Below, piece by piece: positions 25,142-36,640 of a stretch of 64,000 nucleotides of DNA. The notes beneath the pieces are model-generated. The model was not told where the DNA came from, made no database searches, and saw only the letters and a program-made list of their open reading frames with translations. Positions within the stretch are counted from its first letter, which is position 1. Each line of letters opens with the position of its first letter. This DNA comes from Malacoraja senta. Lineage: Eukaryota. The stretch is from NCBI GenBank assembly GCA_038087875.1, contig CM075990.1:124001-188000 (forward strand). Reading direction: 5' to 3'. A program made the translations under genes and the position numbers.

Positions 25142-27151
25142 ATGGACTCGGCGCACACTACGTCTCCGGCAAACTGCTTCGGGAGGATTGAGCACACGCT
25201 CCTGCAGCACGAAGCTATGCTCACTGCCTCCAACTCCGAGATTCGACAGGCTGTGTCAAACCAAGAACAAGCATTGGTTGCACTAGTCACCCAGGTCCAA
25301 CAGCTGAAGACCACCCTCGCCCAGGCTACATCCCTTGCTTCGCCTCCGGCTCCGACAGCACCAGCTCCCGGTCCACCAGGAACATCACCTGAGCCCCGGG
25401 TGGGAACCCCGGAGCGTTACACTGGAGACCCGGAGGGCTGCAACCCATTCATCATGAACTGTTCCATTCTCTTCGCCCTACAGCCCTACACCTTCGCCCA
25501 GGAAGCGGCAAGAGTGGCGTTTACCATTAATCACCTGACTGGCAGAGCTCGGCTGTGGGGAACGGCTGAATGGGAGCGACGCACGCCGGCTTGCTCCTCT
25601 TTCCAGGCCTTCGCCGTGGAGCTTCGCAAGGTGTTCGGTAAGGTTTCGATGGGTCCGGACGCTGCGGGAGGTCTGCTGGGGTTCAGCCAGGGGAACCAGA
25701 GCGTCGCTGACTTCGCCATCGACTTTCGCACCAGGGCCCGTGAGAGTGATTGGAACGCCCCGGCCCAGTGTGACGCTTTCTTGCTGGGCTTGAATGACTA
25801 TATCAAGGATGAGTTGGTGTCCCACGACCTTCCTTCTTCTCTGGATGGGTTTATCGAGCTAACGACCCGTCTGGACCGATGCATCCTGGCGAGACGTCGG
25901 GAGAGGCGACAGGGACCGGCGGACCGCCAGCTTTCCACCCAAGCTCGTTTTCCTCCGGAGACTGGACTACCCTCGTCGGGGCAACCGTCGAGGCAACCCG
26001 AACCCATGCAGGTGGGTCGCACCAGTATCACCCCCGAGGAACGGGAACGTCGAACCTCTGAACTTTCCTCTGCCCGACGCCCTCTTTGTCATGCCCGTCT
26101 GCTATTGTCTGATGGTCCTCACACCCTCGCCACCTTCATAGACTCTGGTTGTGACATTAATCTTATGGACAAGGAACTAGCCCGCCAGCTAGGCATCAGT
26201 TGTGTTCCCCTGCCTGAACCTGTTCCCACCGACGCCCTCGACGGCCATCGACTGGGGACTGTTTCTCACCGGACGGTCCCAGTGCGCATGCTCCTGTCTG
26301 GTAATCACCATGAGACCATCCAGTTCCACATCCTGCAGTCTCCCCGTTTTCCCCTCATCCTGGGTTACCCCTGGCTTCGGCGACACAACCCCAACATCGA
26401 CTGGATGACGGGGGTCGTCTTGGGTTGGAGCCCTTCCTGCCACCAAGTGTGCCTGAAGCAAGCCTCAGCTCCTCAACCGGCCACCTGCTTCAGTGCTGCT
26501 CCGGATCAGACGGGGGTCCTAGCCGAGTACCATGACTTTGGGGAGGTTGTTAGCAAGTCTAGGGCCACCTCCCTTCCTCCTCATCGGCCCTATGACTGCG
26601 CCATAGACCTCCTGCCTGGTTCCGCTCCTCCTAGGGGTCGCCTTGACTCCCTCTCCTACCGACCTGGGTCCTGCAACGTGAAGCCCGATGCCCTTCCTCA
26701 ACAGTCCTTCGCGAAGGAGGAGTCTGCCTCTGGCCCCAAGACCATCCTCTCGTCCTCGCACAGGGTTGCCTCCCTCACCTGGGAGGTGGAGGAGAGGGTC
26801 AAGGCGGCCTTGGAGAACCAGCCGGGACCCAGCACATGCCCTCCTGATCGCCTGTTTGTGGTTTCTGCCCTGCGGTCCGACGTCCTTCAGTGGGCCCACA
26901 GCTCTCGACTCACCTGTCATCCCGGCATTCAGCGGACCAAGGAGATGGTGGGCATCGCTGGAGGAGGACACTCGGGAGTTTGTCAACGCCTGTCCCGTTT
27001 GCAACCAGCACAAGGTCTCACACCAAGCTCCTGCGGGTCATCTGCTTCCACTGCCTGTACCCCATCGACCATGGTCCCACATCTCCCTGGACTTCGTTAC
27101 CGGCCTGCCCCCATCCAGGGGTCACACCACCATCCTGACCGTGGTCAATAG
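25142..27151 (+). CDS. Gypsy Gag-protease fusion running into the integrase N-terminus
   Basis: [14 protein letters not shown] (gag), [12 protein letters not shown] (aspartic protease), [16 protein letters not shown] joined directly to [14 protein letters not shown], and [10 protein letters not shown]. Confidence 0.85.
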   Translation: MDSAHTTSPANCFGRIEHTLLQHEAMLTASNSEIRQAVSNQEQALVALVTQVQQLKTTLAQATSLASPPAPTAPAPGPPGTSPEPRVGTPERYTGDPEGCNPFIMNCSILFALQPYTFAQEAARVAFTINHLTGRARLWGTAEWERRTPACSSFQAFAVELRKVFGKVSMGPDAAGGLLGFSQGNQSVADFAIDFRTRARESDWNAPAQCDAFLLGLNDYIKDELVSHDLPSSLDGFIELTTRLDRCILARRRERRQGPADRQLSTQARFPPETGLPSSGQPSRQPEPMQVGRTSITPEERERRTSELSSARRPLCHARLLLSDGPHTLATFIDSGCDINLMDKELARQLGISCVPLPEPVPTDALDGHRLGTVSHRTVPVRMLLSGNHHETIQFHILQSPRFPLILGYPWLRRHNPNIDWMTGVVLGWSPSCHQVCLKQASAPQPATCFSAAPDQTGVLAEYHDFGEVVSKSRATSLPPHRPYDCAIDLLPGSAPPRGRLDSLSYRPGSCNVKPDALPQQSFAKEESASGPKTILSSSHRVASLTWEVEERVKAALENQPGPSTCPPDRLFVVSALRSDVLQWAHSSRLTCHPGIQRTKEMVGIAGGGHSGVCQRLSRLQPAQGLTPSSCGSSASTACTPSTMVPHLPGLRYRPAPIQGSHHHPDRGQ

Positions 27152-28268
27152 ATTTAGCAAGATGGCTCACTTCGTGCCCCTGCCCAAGCTTCCGTCAGCC
27201 AAGGAAACTGCCGAGCTCATGTTACTCCACGTCTTCAGGCTCCATGGTCTCCCCGTCGATGTGGTCTCCGACCGAGGACCCCAGTTTGCCTCTGTGTTCT
27301 GGAGGGAGTTCTGCACGCTTGTGGGGGCCACTGTGAGTCTGACGTCCGGATTTCATCCCCAGTCCAACGGCCAAACTGAAAGGAAGAATCAGGAGATGGA
27401 GACGGCGCCGCGGTGTATGGTGTCCAAGCATCCCTCCTCCTGGTCCCAGCAGTTGTTGTGGGTGGAGTACGCACACAACACCCTGACAAGCTCGGCCACT
27501 GGGCTCTCCCCTTTCCAGTGTGCCTACGGGTTCCAGCCTCCACTGTTCCCGGCGCTGGAGAAAGAGGTTTCCTGCCCGTCCGTCCAGGCCTTCATTCGTC
27601 GCTGCCGCAGGACGTGGACCCAAGCCAGGGCGGCTCTTCTCTGCTCCGTCGCCCGTTACGCCACGACTGCCAACCGTCACAGCACCCAGGCCCCCACCTA
27701 CCTCGCGGGCCAGAGGGTGTGGCTGTCGACCCGGGACCTTCCCTTGAGGGTGGAGTCCAAGATGTTGGCACCCAAGTTCATCGGTCCCTTTGAGATCCAG
27801 AAGGTCATCAACCCAGTGGCTGTGCGGCTCAAGTTGCCTCGTTCCATGCGGGTCCATCCTACGTTCCACGTGTCTAGAGTAAAGCCAGTCCGGGAGAGCT
27901 CCCTGGTCCCCGCAGTCCCTCCTCCTCCACCTCCTCGTCTCATCGACGGAGGCCCCGCCTTTACGGTGCACCGCCTCCTGCGCTCCCGCTGTCGTGGGAG
28001 GGGTCTCCATTACCTGGTCGATTGGGAGGGTTACGGTCCAGAGGAGAGGTCCTGGGTTCCTGCTCGACACATCCTGGACGCCTCCCTCATCAGGGAGTTT
28101 CACCGGCGTCATCCCGACCAGCCGTCCAAGTCCGCCACTCCTAGAGGGGTCGCCGCCCCTGAGAATCTGTCCCCTCTTCCGTCTGAGGCGCCCAGTGACG
28201 ACGAGACGGAGCTTTCCTCTGATGCTAGGGAGGAGGATGCGGACATGGATGTCTCGGACGAATATTAG
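26945..28268 (+). CDS. Gypsy integrase core, GPF motif and chromodomain (frameshifted from the upstream ORF)
   Basis: [40 protein letters not shown] and [17 protein letters not shown]. Confidence 0.9.
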
Positions 28269-28392
28269 CCCTCCTCCGGTCCCCCTCCTCCCACCCTACT
28301 CTGCGTGGGATTGGGTTTATTTTCTTTATTGTGTTTTTTTTTTCCTTTTGTTTTGGGACGTCAGGAGCCGTCCCTTGAGGGGGGGGGGGTTC

Positions 28393-28749
28393 TGTCACAG
28401 TCTGCCCTCTCCTGCCTGCCTGCCTGCCACTCCCCTCTCATCAGCCCAACTCTCCTCACCTGTGGCACTCAGTTGCCTCTGATCACCAATTAATCCGGTA
28501 TATAGACTCTCCTCACCGTTCCTACAGTGCCAGATTGTTCTCAGCATTCATGCAAGACTCTCCAGCGATTTTCCAACTGCCTACAAGGATTCGAACCTGC
28601 CTGCCCCTCTTCGGAACCCTCGCTCAATCCTGAGTCTCTGTGTGAGTACGGTGTACCCATTCCTGTGTTGCAGTATCGGAATAAAGTTCAGTACCAACTA
28701 TACCTGCCTGATTCTGTGCTGCTATCGGGTCCAAGCTATACCCATTACA
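28393..28749 (+). repeat. 3' LTR
   Basis: Direct repeat of 24768-25124, with 12 substitutions counted by eye. Confidence 0.95.
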
Positions 28750-29739
28750 GTACTGTCTGCATGGAGTTTGTATGTTCTCCCCGTGACCGCGTGTGTTTTC
28801 TCCGAGATCTTCGGCTTCCTCCCACACTCCAAAAACGTACAGGTTTTGTAGGTAAATTGGCTTGATGTAAATGTAAAAATTATCCCTAGTGTGTGTTGAG
28901 TAGTGTTAATTTGTAGGGTTCACTGGTTGGTGTGAACTCGGTGGTTGGAAGGACCTGTTTCCGCACTGTATCTCTATACTAAACTGAAAAACTGCAAAAA
29001 CAACAGGTTTTTCACTACCTGTCCTGCACCGAATCACTCACTATTCTGAAGCAGAGCCATGTTCAAGGCAAAATTCATTAGTATCTCCTCCTGGCCGTAC
29101 AATTCACTTATGGTTTTATCAAGGTCTGAATTTACTGAAGAAATGTGTTAAATAATTTATAAAAAATCACATATCATTTCATAGGTAGACACAAAATGCT
29201 AGAGTAACTCAACGGGATAGGCAGCATCTCTGGAGAAAAGGAATAGGTGACGTTTTGGTCTACACATACCATTTCATGTTATTTTATTGTTAGTCAAGTT
29301 TATGTGCAAGACCTTGCTTTATTGTTAGTCAAGTATTTGCAATTTTACTGTCAAGTTTCTGAGTAGTCTTGTCAACTGTGAATATAAAAACCATACTAAA
29401 GTCGCACTTTGGCTGGCCTCTTGATGCGCACCAGATTTATTCAATCGGCTGTTACTTTGAACACCAACTCCGTGTGACCTTTCCATTTTGCTCCTACAAT
29501 TGGCGTAATTGGCAGGATACCCTACTGGATCACAACCGACTATGAGGCTCCTGGTTGGGTGATTGTGTTTTCTCTCAAGGCTAAGATACATGGATTTTGG
29601 CATCACTTGAGTGAGGAGAGAAGCTAAGAAAGTTTGAGAACATGGTTGGATTGGACATGGCCATTGGATGGTGGAGAAGGTTGGAGGGACTCTATGTACT
29701 TGTTCTGGTTCGTAATGCTGGTTCATAATGCTGCCCTTT

Positions 29740-30835
29740 CGCCTGTGATAGGGTAACAGGCTGAAGACTCAAGGATGCTGTGTTGCCTCCCTCGTGCAAG
29801 TGTCCAAAACGTCTCAGACCGACTGCAGAACATACTCGAAAGGGAAATGAGCAGCCAGAAGTAGTTATGACATGGGTAAGAAGAGGAAGGAAGTTCTGAG
29901 TATAGAGAGCTAGGTAGGAAGCTGAAAAGGACCAGGGAGATAGGGGATCTGAATATGTGGCTGAGGAGTTGGTGCAGGGGGCAGGGATTTAGATTTCTAT
30001 ATCACTGGAATCTCCTGGGCAGGGGAGACCTGTAAAAAAGCAACGGGTTGCACCTTATTTGGAGGGGAACCGCCATTCTTGCAGGCAGGTTTGCTAGTGC
30101 TACACGGGTGGGTTCAAACTAAACAGTGGGTGGTGGAGTCAACAATGTGGACCCGTATCAATGCTGTTAACGTGAAGAGAGTGTAGGAAAGGTCACGTTT
30201 AAACTAACAGGGCAGGGGGATGGGAACCAATGCAAAGAGACAGACGGCCATAAAAGGAGGACAGAACCAAAAGGTGGAAGGGAGATAATAAAACAAACCT
30301 GAAAGCTTGTGCCTTAATGCGAGGACCATTCGTAATAAGGTGGATGAATTGAATGTTCAGTTAGCAGTTACGGAATATGAAATAGTTGGAATTACAGAGA
30401 CTGGATAGACTCGGCTTGTACTCGCTAGAATTTAGAAGATTGAGGGGGGATCTTATAGAAACTTACAAAATTCTTAAGGGGTTGGACAGGCTAGATGCAG
30501 GAAGATTGTTCCCGATGTTGGGGAAGTCCGGAACAAGGGGTCACAGTTTAAGGAAGTATTTTAGGACCGAGATGAGAAAAACATTTTTCACACAGAGTGG
30601 TGAATCTCTGGAATTCTCTGCCACAGAATGTAGTTGATGCCAGTTCATTGGCTATATTTAAGAGGGAGTTAGATATGGCCCTTGTGGCTAAGGCGATCAG
30701 GGGGTATGGAGAGAAGGCAGGTACGGGATACTGAGTTGGATGATCAGCCATGATCATATTGAATGGCGGTGCAGGCTCGAAGGGCCGAATGGCCTACTCC
30801 TGCACCTATTTTCTATGTTTCTATGTTTCTATGTT
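29740..30835 (+). mobile_element. CR1 remnants: degenerate ORF1 esterase, then the ORF2 start fused to the ORF2 3' end and tail
   Basis: Similar to 50720-51160. NARTIRNKVDEL...VGITET is joined to RLDRLGLYSLEFRRLRGD. Confidence 0.8.
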
Positions 30836-31004
30836 TATATCTATGATGTAAACATTCATGTATTTGTGCTGTTATGGAAGAAGGGCAAAAGCATTTATGT
30901 TAGCCTTATTAGTGTAATAGGAGAAAGTTGAAAGCATCCATTTTATTGCTTCTAAATCTACAGCTGAATCCATTTTGTAACTTTTAAATCTTTAAACTTT
31001 CTCA

Positions 31005-31470
31005 GGTTAGGGGAGTGGGCAGATGCATGGCAGATGCAGTATAATGTCAGGTTATCCACTTTGTGGCAAGAACAGGAAGGCAGATTATTATCTGAATGGT
31101 CTCAGAGTAGGAAACGGGGAGATGCAACGAGACCTGGGTGTGTTTGTGCATCAGTCAGTGAAAGTAAGCATGCAGGTACAGCAGGCAGTTAAGAAAGCTA
31201 ATGGAATATTGGCCTTCATTGCAAGAGGATTTGAGTTTAGGAGCAAGGAGGTCCTATTGCAGTTGCACTGGGCCCTGGTGAGTCTGCACTTGGAGAATTG
31301 CGTACAATTTTGGTTTCCTAATTTGAGGAAGGACATCCTTGCTATTGAGGCAGTGCAGCGTTGGTTCATGAGGTTAATCTCTGGGATGGCGGGACTGTCG
31401 TATGAGGAAAGATTTGGAAGACTGGGCTTGTATTCACTGAAATTTAGAAGGATGAGATGGGGTCTTATAG
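31005..31470 (+). mobile_element. CR1 fragment, followed by a partial HE1 SINE on - at 31471-31646
   Basis: QAVKKANGILAFIARG...HLENCVQFW. Confidence 0.88.
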
Positions 31471-32664
31471 AATTAACCTACAAACCTGTACTTCTTTGGA
31501 GTGTGAGAGGAAACTGAAGATCTCAGAGAAAACCCATGCAGGTCACAGGGAAAATGTACAAACTCCGTACGGACAGCACCCGTAGTCAGGTGTGAACCTG
31601 GGTCTATGGCGCTGTAAGGTAGCAAGTCTATCGCTGCACCACTGTACAGATACTCCTCATTGCAATGGCCACCAAAATTAATTAATATATATATATATAT
31701 ACTAGACTAAGTGGGACCCGTTGGGTCCCAGCATCACACGGGAGGGCTGGTCACCCAACGCAATATTCTACCTCTCCACCAATTCCAATATTGCTGGCCA
31801 GTGGGGGGAAGGGTGCTTTCTGTTGAGCTAGTATGGGCGTTGTGGGCCGAATGATCTGGTTTCCAGGGGGCCAGTATAGACATTGTGGGCCGAATGGATT
31901 CTTGGGCTGGCAGCTCAGTTACTGAGGCCTGGCAGTACAGTCACTCAGACCTGCCAGGCTGGCAGCTGAGAAACTGCCAGAAATTCTGCACAAAACAGGT
32001 GACAGACTGTGTGAGAGAGTAGGGGGAGAGGGTGGACTGAATGGATTATTGGGCTGGCAGTTTAGTGAGTCATGGCTGGTGGGCTGGCAGTTCACTTACT
32101 CACGGCTCGTGGGCTGGCAGGCTGGCAGTTCACTTACTCACGGCTCGTGGGCTGGCAGTGCAGTCACTCACGCCTGGTACGCTGGCAGTTCACTCAGTCA
32201 CACCTCCTCCCTTCATCCCCCCGACTCTGCTCCTTGCCATTCCCCTCCCCCCCCACGCATTCAGTCCATCTCCCCACAACCTCCCCCCATGCACTCTTAG
32301 CGGCTCTCCCACAGAGCAGCCATTCCTGCCTATTAGGTTTCCATTGTGATGAAGAACATGCAGGCATGGAAAGTGGAAAAAGGATTTATAAAAGTTTAAA
32401 TTGTGAATTACTCTTAAAATATAAGAACAAATTAAATGTTAAAGATGAGAATTATTAAGTTCTTTCTTGTTGTGTCTCTTGTTGTGTTCTGCTGCTCACT
32501 GCCTCTTGATGTCTATTTGCTGTTGATAAAAAAAGAGATAATTTTAATATAGATACATGAGCGGTTGTAATTTGTTGTAATTCTCAATCCTCTGGACTCA
32601 CTGAAGAATTTGTGCAAAACATTCTTTTGAGGCGGGGGCTGTCAGGGTGGGATGGGGGCGTGGC

Positions 32665-32802
32665 TTCTTCTTCTTTCGTGTGGCATGCTCAGCCTAAAGT
32701 TGTAGGACAACTTGTTCTATTTGATCTTTTGTTTGTGCACGTCGAGTTGATTGCATTAGTCGGAACAGGGCGGACCACGTGAAGGTTGCAATCTTCCACC
32801 CC
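32665..32802 (-). mobile_element. 138-bp non-autonomous retroposon (Ingi/Vingi-like) with a ribozyme head and (GAA)n tail
   Basis: 3' end GCCACACGAAAGAAGAAGAA. 9-bp TSD gggcgtggc/gggggtggc at 32656-32664 and 32803-32811. Confidence 0.75.
32749..32802 (-). ncRNA. HDV-like self-cleaving ribozyme (minimal, 54 nt)
   Basis: GGGGUGG(P1)-AA-GAUUGCA(P2)-ACC(P3)-UUCACGU(L3)-GGU(P3')-CCGCCCU(P1')-G(P1.1)-UUCCGA-CUAA(J4/2)-UGCAAUC(P2'). Confidence 0.85.
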
Positions 32803-33282
32803 GGGGGTGGCAAACTTCCTGCAGCCGAGGGAGGGGGAAGGCTTCAGGCGGGGGCTCTCGTGGGCTGATGAGGGAGGGGTGTCCTGCAGCGGGGGATGGG
32901 GGCAGCTTCAGGAGGGGGAGCATCCTATAGCTAGGCGGAGGGCAGCGTCTGGAGGTGGGGATGCCAGTGGTGTGGGGGGGGTGGGGGCGCAGTGAGTGAC
33001 CCACTCATGGCCTCTGGACTCACTCACTGCCTTGGGACTAACTCATGGTCTCTGGACTGATTGACTCACTCATGGCCTCTGGACTGACAGACTGAATCAC
33101 GGCTTGTGGACTGACTGACTTTTGCCCGACTACTGGAGTCACGTCCGACTTTTGTAAACTGAAAACTGTAACATCCACATTGAGGAACAGCCTCTTCCTG
33201 ACAGCCATCAGGCTATTAAACATAACAAATAAGCTCTGAACTATGAAATACTATATTATTTGTACCATTTGTTATTTTTTGA

Positions 33283-33359
33283 TCACACACACACCCTCCA
33301 CCTCACAGACACTCACACACACACACGCAGACTCTCACACTCGCATACACATACTCTCA

Positions 33360-33400
<41 letters not shown>

Positions 33401-33485
33401 TCTCACACACACACACACAGACACTCTCTCACTCACACACACACACACTCACGCACAGACAGACTCACTCACACAGACTCACACA
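33283..33485. repeat. Imperfect (CA)n microsatellite
   Basis: Visible dinucleotide tract. Confidence 0.95.
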
Positions 33486-33730
33486 TAGACCCTCAACCAA
33501 TAATAATATGCCAAGTAACTTCAGAACGTGGTAAACATTCAGTGTGTAAACCGAATGATTCAAATGTTTAAAGCCTCCTGTAGAGACGGCTGCTGGTGAA
33601 GCAAAAACGTGCTTTAAATAAGGTCCAACAAAAACACTCACCATAGACAGAGCAGTAAGCTCTCTTGAATTATTCAACGACGTCTTCACTATGCCTTCTG
33701 CAGTCAGCGCCATCTTGCCACGAACCAGAA

Positions 33731-36110
33731 TTTAAAAAAAAAAAAATTATTTTATTTTATTAGAAGTAAGTACAGAAATATGGCACCAAGGTACCTAATA
33801 TATATTGGAGAAACTCAGCGGGTGCAGCAGCATCTATGGAGCGAAGGAAATAGGTAACGTTTCGGGTCGAAACCCTTCTTCAGACACTTCTTGAGTCTGA
33901 AGAAGGGTTTCGGCCCGAAACGTTACCTATTTCCTTCGCTCCATAGATGCTGCTGCACCCGCTGAGTTTCTCCAGCATTTTTGTGTACCTTCGATTTTCC
34001 AGCATCTGCAGTTCCTTCTTTAACAGCTAATATATATTGACATCTTACATTTTATGTACACCTTTTTTTTTAAATAATGAAAAAGAAAAAGAGAGAATAG
34101 ATAATAAAAGATAGAAAAACGTATGATATATAGTGTGTGAAAAGGAGAAAAGGGTGAAAGAAAAAAACTGAAGAAAAGAAGATAGAGAGAGAAAGAGTAG
34201 AAAGTAAGAGATTAAGATCATTATCTATATTCTTGACCATCCCTCACCCAATCCTGAAAGTTAGCTACTACGATTCTGTTGCACCATATGCTTCCAAAAA
34301 ATCAACAAATGGAGACGAACTCATTAAGAATTGGTCTGATTTATCTGTTAGGAGGAATCGCATTTCCTCAAGATGTGCAGTGTCCAACATATTTGAAACC
34401 CACATTTTAAGCGTTGGTATGGGTGTATTTTTCCAAAATTTAAGTATGTTTTTTTGCCGTTATTAACCCATAATTAAAAAATAAATTTTGAGAAGAGTTC
34501 AATTTATTCCCATCTTCCATTACTGCAAATATAATCATTTCAGTATTTGGTTCCATTTTTATCTTGAATTATTTTGTAAATATTTAAAAAATATCACTCC
34601 AGAATTTATAACGTTTTATGCAGGAAACAAAAGAGTGTGTTATAGTTGCATTTTGAGATAGACATTTATCACAAATGGGGGAGGTATTTGGATAGAATTT
34701 ATTCAATCTAGTTTTTGAATAATATAATCTATGTAAAATTTTAAATTGAATTAAATTATGTCCTACATTAATCAAACATTTGTGTATATATATCAAATAC
34801 TTTTCCCATGTTTCCTTCGTGATTTTTTATCATTAATTCTCATTCCCACTCTTCTCTAAGTGCCTCTGTCGATGGTAGGTCTATATTTAAAATACTATTA
34901 TATAAATATGATATTAATTTCTGTGCGTCAGCCTTAATAGTCATTGCTTCCAGTGGATCTAAAGTTATATTTTGATATCTTTGTATGTATTTCTTCATGA
35001 AGTCGCAGATCTGAAGATATTTAAAATATTGGTTATTTTTCAGTTTAAATTTTAATTGTAACTGTTGGAATGATAACAGATTTCCCATTTCATACATATC
35101 ACCGATCCTTTTAATTCCCATTTTTTTCCCATTGATTATATGTTTTATCAATAAGAGACGGTTTAAATGAAGGATTATTCACTATTCGCATTAACAATGA
35201 TAGGTTTCTTAATTTTAAAGATAATTTTATTTGTTTCCAAATTCTTATTGTATCATGTATAATTGGGTTATTCTTATATATTGTGTTGTTCAGTTTTATC
35301 GGGGAGAAGAGGATCGCTCCTATGTTACAAGGAGAACAATCCTCTTTCTCCATTCTTATCCATTCTGTCTGTTGGGTAGAACTGTCCAACCAGTAAATTA
35401 TATTCTTAATATGCACTGCCCAATAATAATACAACAAGTTCGGAAGTGAAAGTCCCCCAACTTGTTTTGGTTTGCACAAGTGTTTTCTTTGAATTCTGTG
35501 TGATCTATAGTCCCAAATAAAATTGGTAATATTAGAGTCTAGTTTTTTTTTAAAGTTTTTTGGTATATATAATGGTATAGATTGAAATAGGTATAATATT
35601 TGTGGTAAAAAGATCATTTTTATAGCGTTTAGTCTGCCTATTAATGATAACGGAAGTGTTTTCCAGAATTTAATCAACGCATTGAGTTTATTTAATAAAG
35701 GCATAAAATTAGCATTAAATAATGCTTTGTATTTTCTAGTAATTTGAATACCCAAATACTTAAATTTTTCTGTTGCAATTTTCAAGGGGAATTTTAATAG
35801 GTGTAGATTCTTGAAGTTTTAACGTCTTGATTTCACTTTTATTCCAATTTATTCTATATCCAGAAAAAGAACCGAATTCCTCTATTAAATTTAATAAGTT
35901 TGGTATGTTCATTTGTGAATTTGTAATGTATAAAAGTATATCGTCTGCATATAATGAAATTGTATTATTTGAGTCCCTAGTATTATATCCCTGAATATTC
36001 GGATGAATTCTTATACTTTCAGCCAGGGGCTCTATCATAAGGGCAAATAGCAGAGGTGATAAAGCACATCCCTGCCTATTGCCTCTCGATAATTGAAATT
36101 TTGGAGATAA
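33731..36110 (-). mobile_element. L1-clade LINE, 5'-truncated and frameshifted
   Basis: RGNRQGCALSPLLF, ISLYADDILLY and KFKYLGI. TSD cacgaacc(a/g)gaa at 33719-33730 and 36111-36122. Confidence 0.95.
33808..34026. mobile_element. Fold-back Penelope terminal-repeat insertion in the L1 3'UTR
   Basis: ~79-bp inverted arms at 33807-33885 and 33895-33973. 13-bp TSD ctaatatatattg at 33795-33807 and 34027-34039. Confidence 0.9.
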
Positions 36111-36329
36111 CACGAACCGGAAATGACGCAGTCAGTGCCAACTTGACGCTAACTGGAAATGACGTCATCGGTGCCATCTTGCCACTAAGCGGAAGTCACA
36201 GAATGAGCGCCAATTTTGCAATTAAACACAGTCCTGATCTCATAAAATGTTTATTCACGCTTTATCCATCCGAAAACTGTTGCAACGATTTTAAAAGCCA
36301 AGCCAAGGCAAATAATTTGGCAGCTGTCT

Positions 36330-36640
36330 CAGGACTGGGTGAGGTATGGTCAAGATTATAAATAATGATCTCCTTACTCCTTATTTTTATATTTAATCTC
36401 TTTTTCCTATTTTCTTTTCTTCAACTTTCTTCTTTCATTCTTTTTTTTTTCTTTTTCACACACTATATATCTCACATTTTTCTATCCTTTATCATCTAAT
36501 TTCTTTTTCTTATTCTTCTTTATTATAATAGAAAAAAAAGAATCTGTACATAAAATGAATTATGAAAATATATATTAGGCACTTTGGTGCCATACGATTG
36601 TACTTCTAATAAAATAAAAATATTTAAAAAAAGAAGAAAA
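36330..36640 (+). mobile_element. L1 3'UTR and poly(A) fragment
   Basis: Inverted homologue of ~33735-34256. Confidence 0.8.

Larger units (their letters stand above)
24768..28749 (+). mobile_element. Ty3/Gypsy chromoviral LTR retrotransposon (Tf1/sushi group), non-autonomous, RT/RNase H deleted
   Basis: 357-bp TG...CA LTRs, 5-bp TSD gtact (24763-24767 and 28750-28754), polypurine tract at ~28378-28389, and gag, protease, integrase and chromodomain. Confidence 0.97.
24692..28988 (+). mobile_element. HE1/V-SINE interrupted by the Gypsy element
   Basis: Head at 24692-24767; core and tail at 28755-28988. Confidence 0.85.

Noticed and set aside
27222..28112. 296-aa antisense ORF in the Gypsy integrase
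   Set aside because: Shadow ORF of GC-rich coding sequence.
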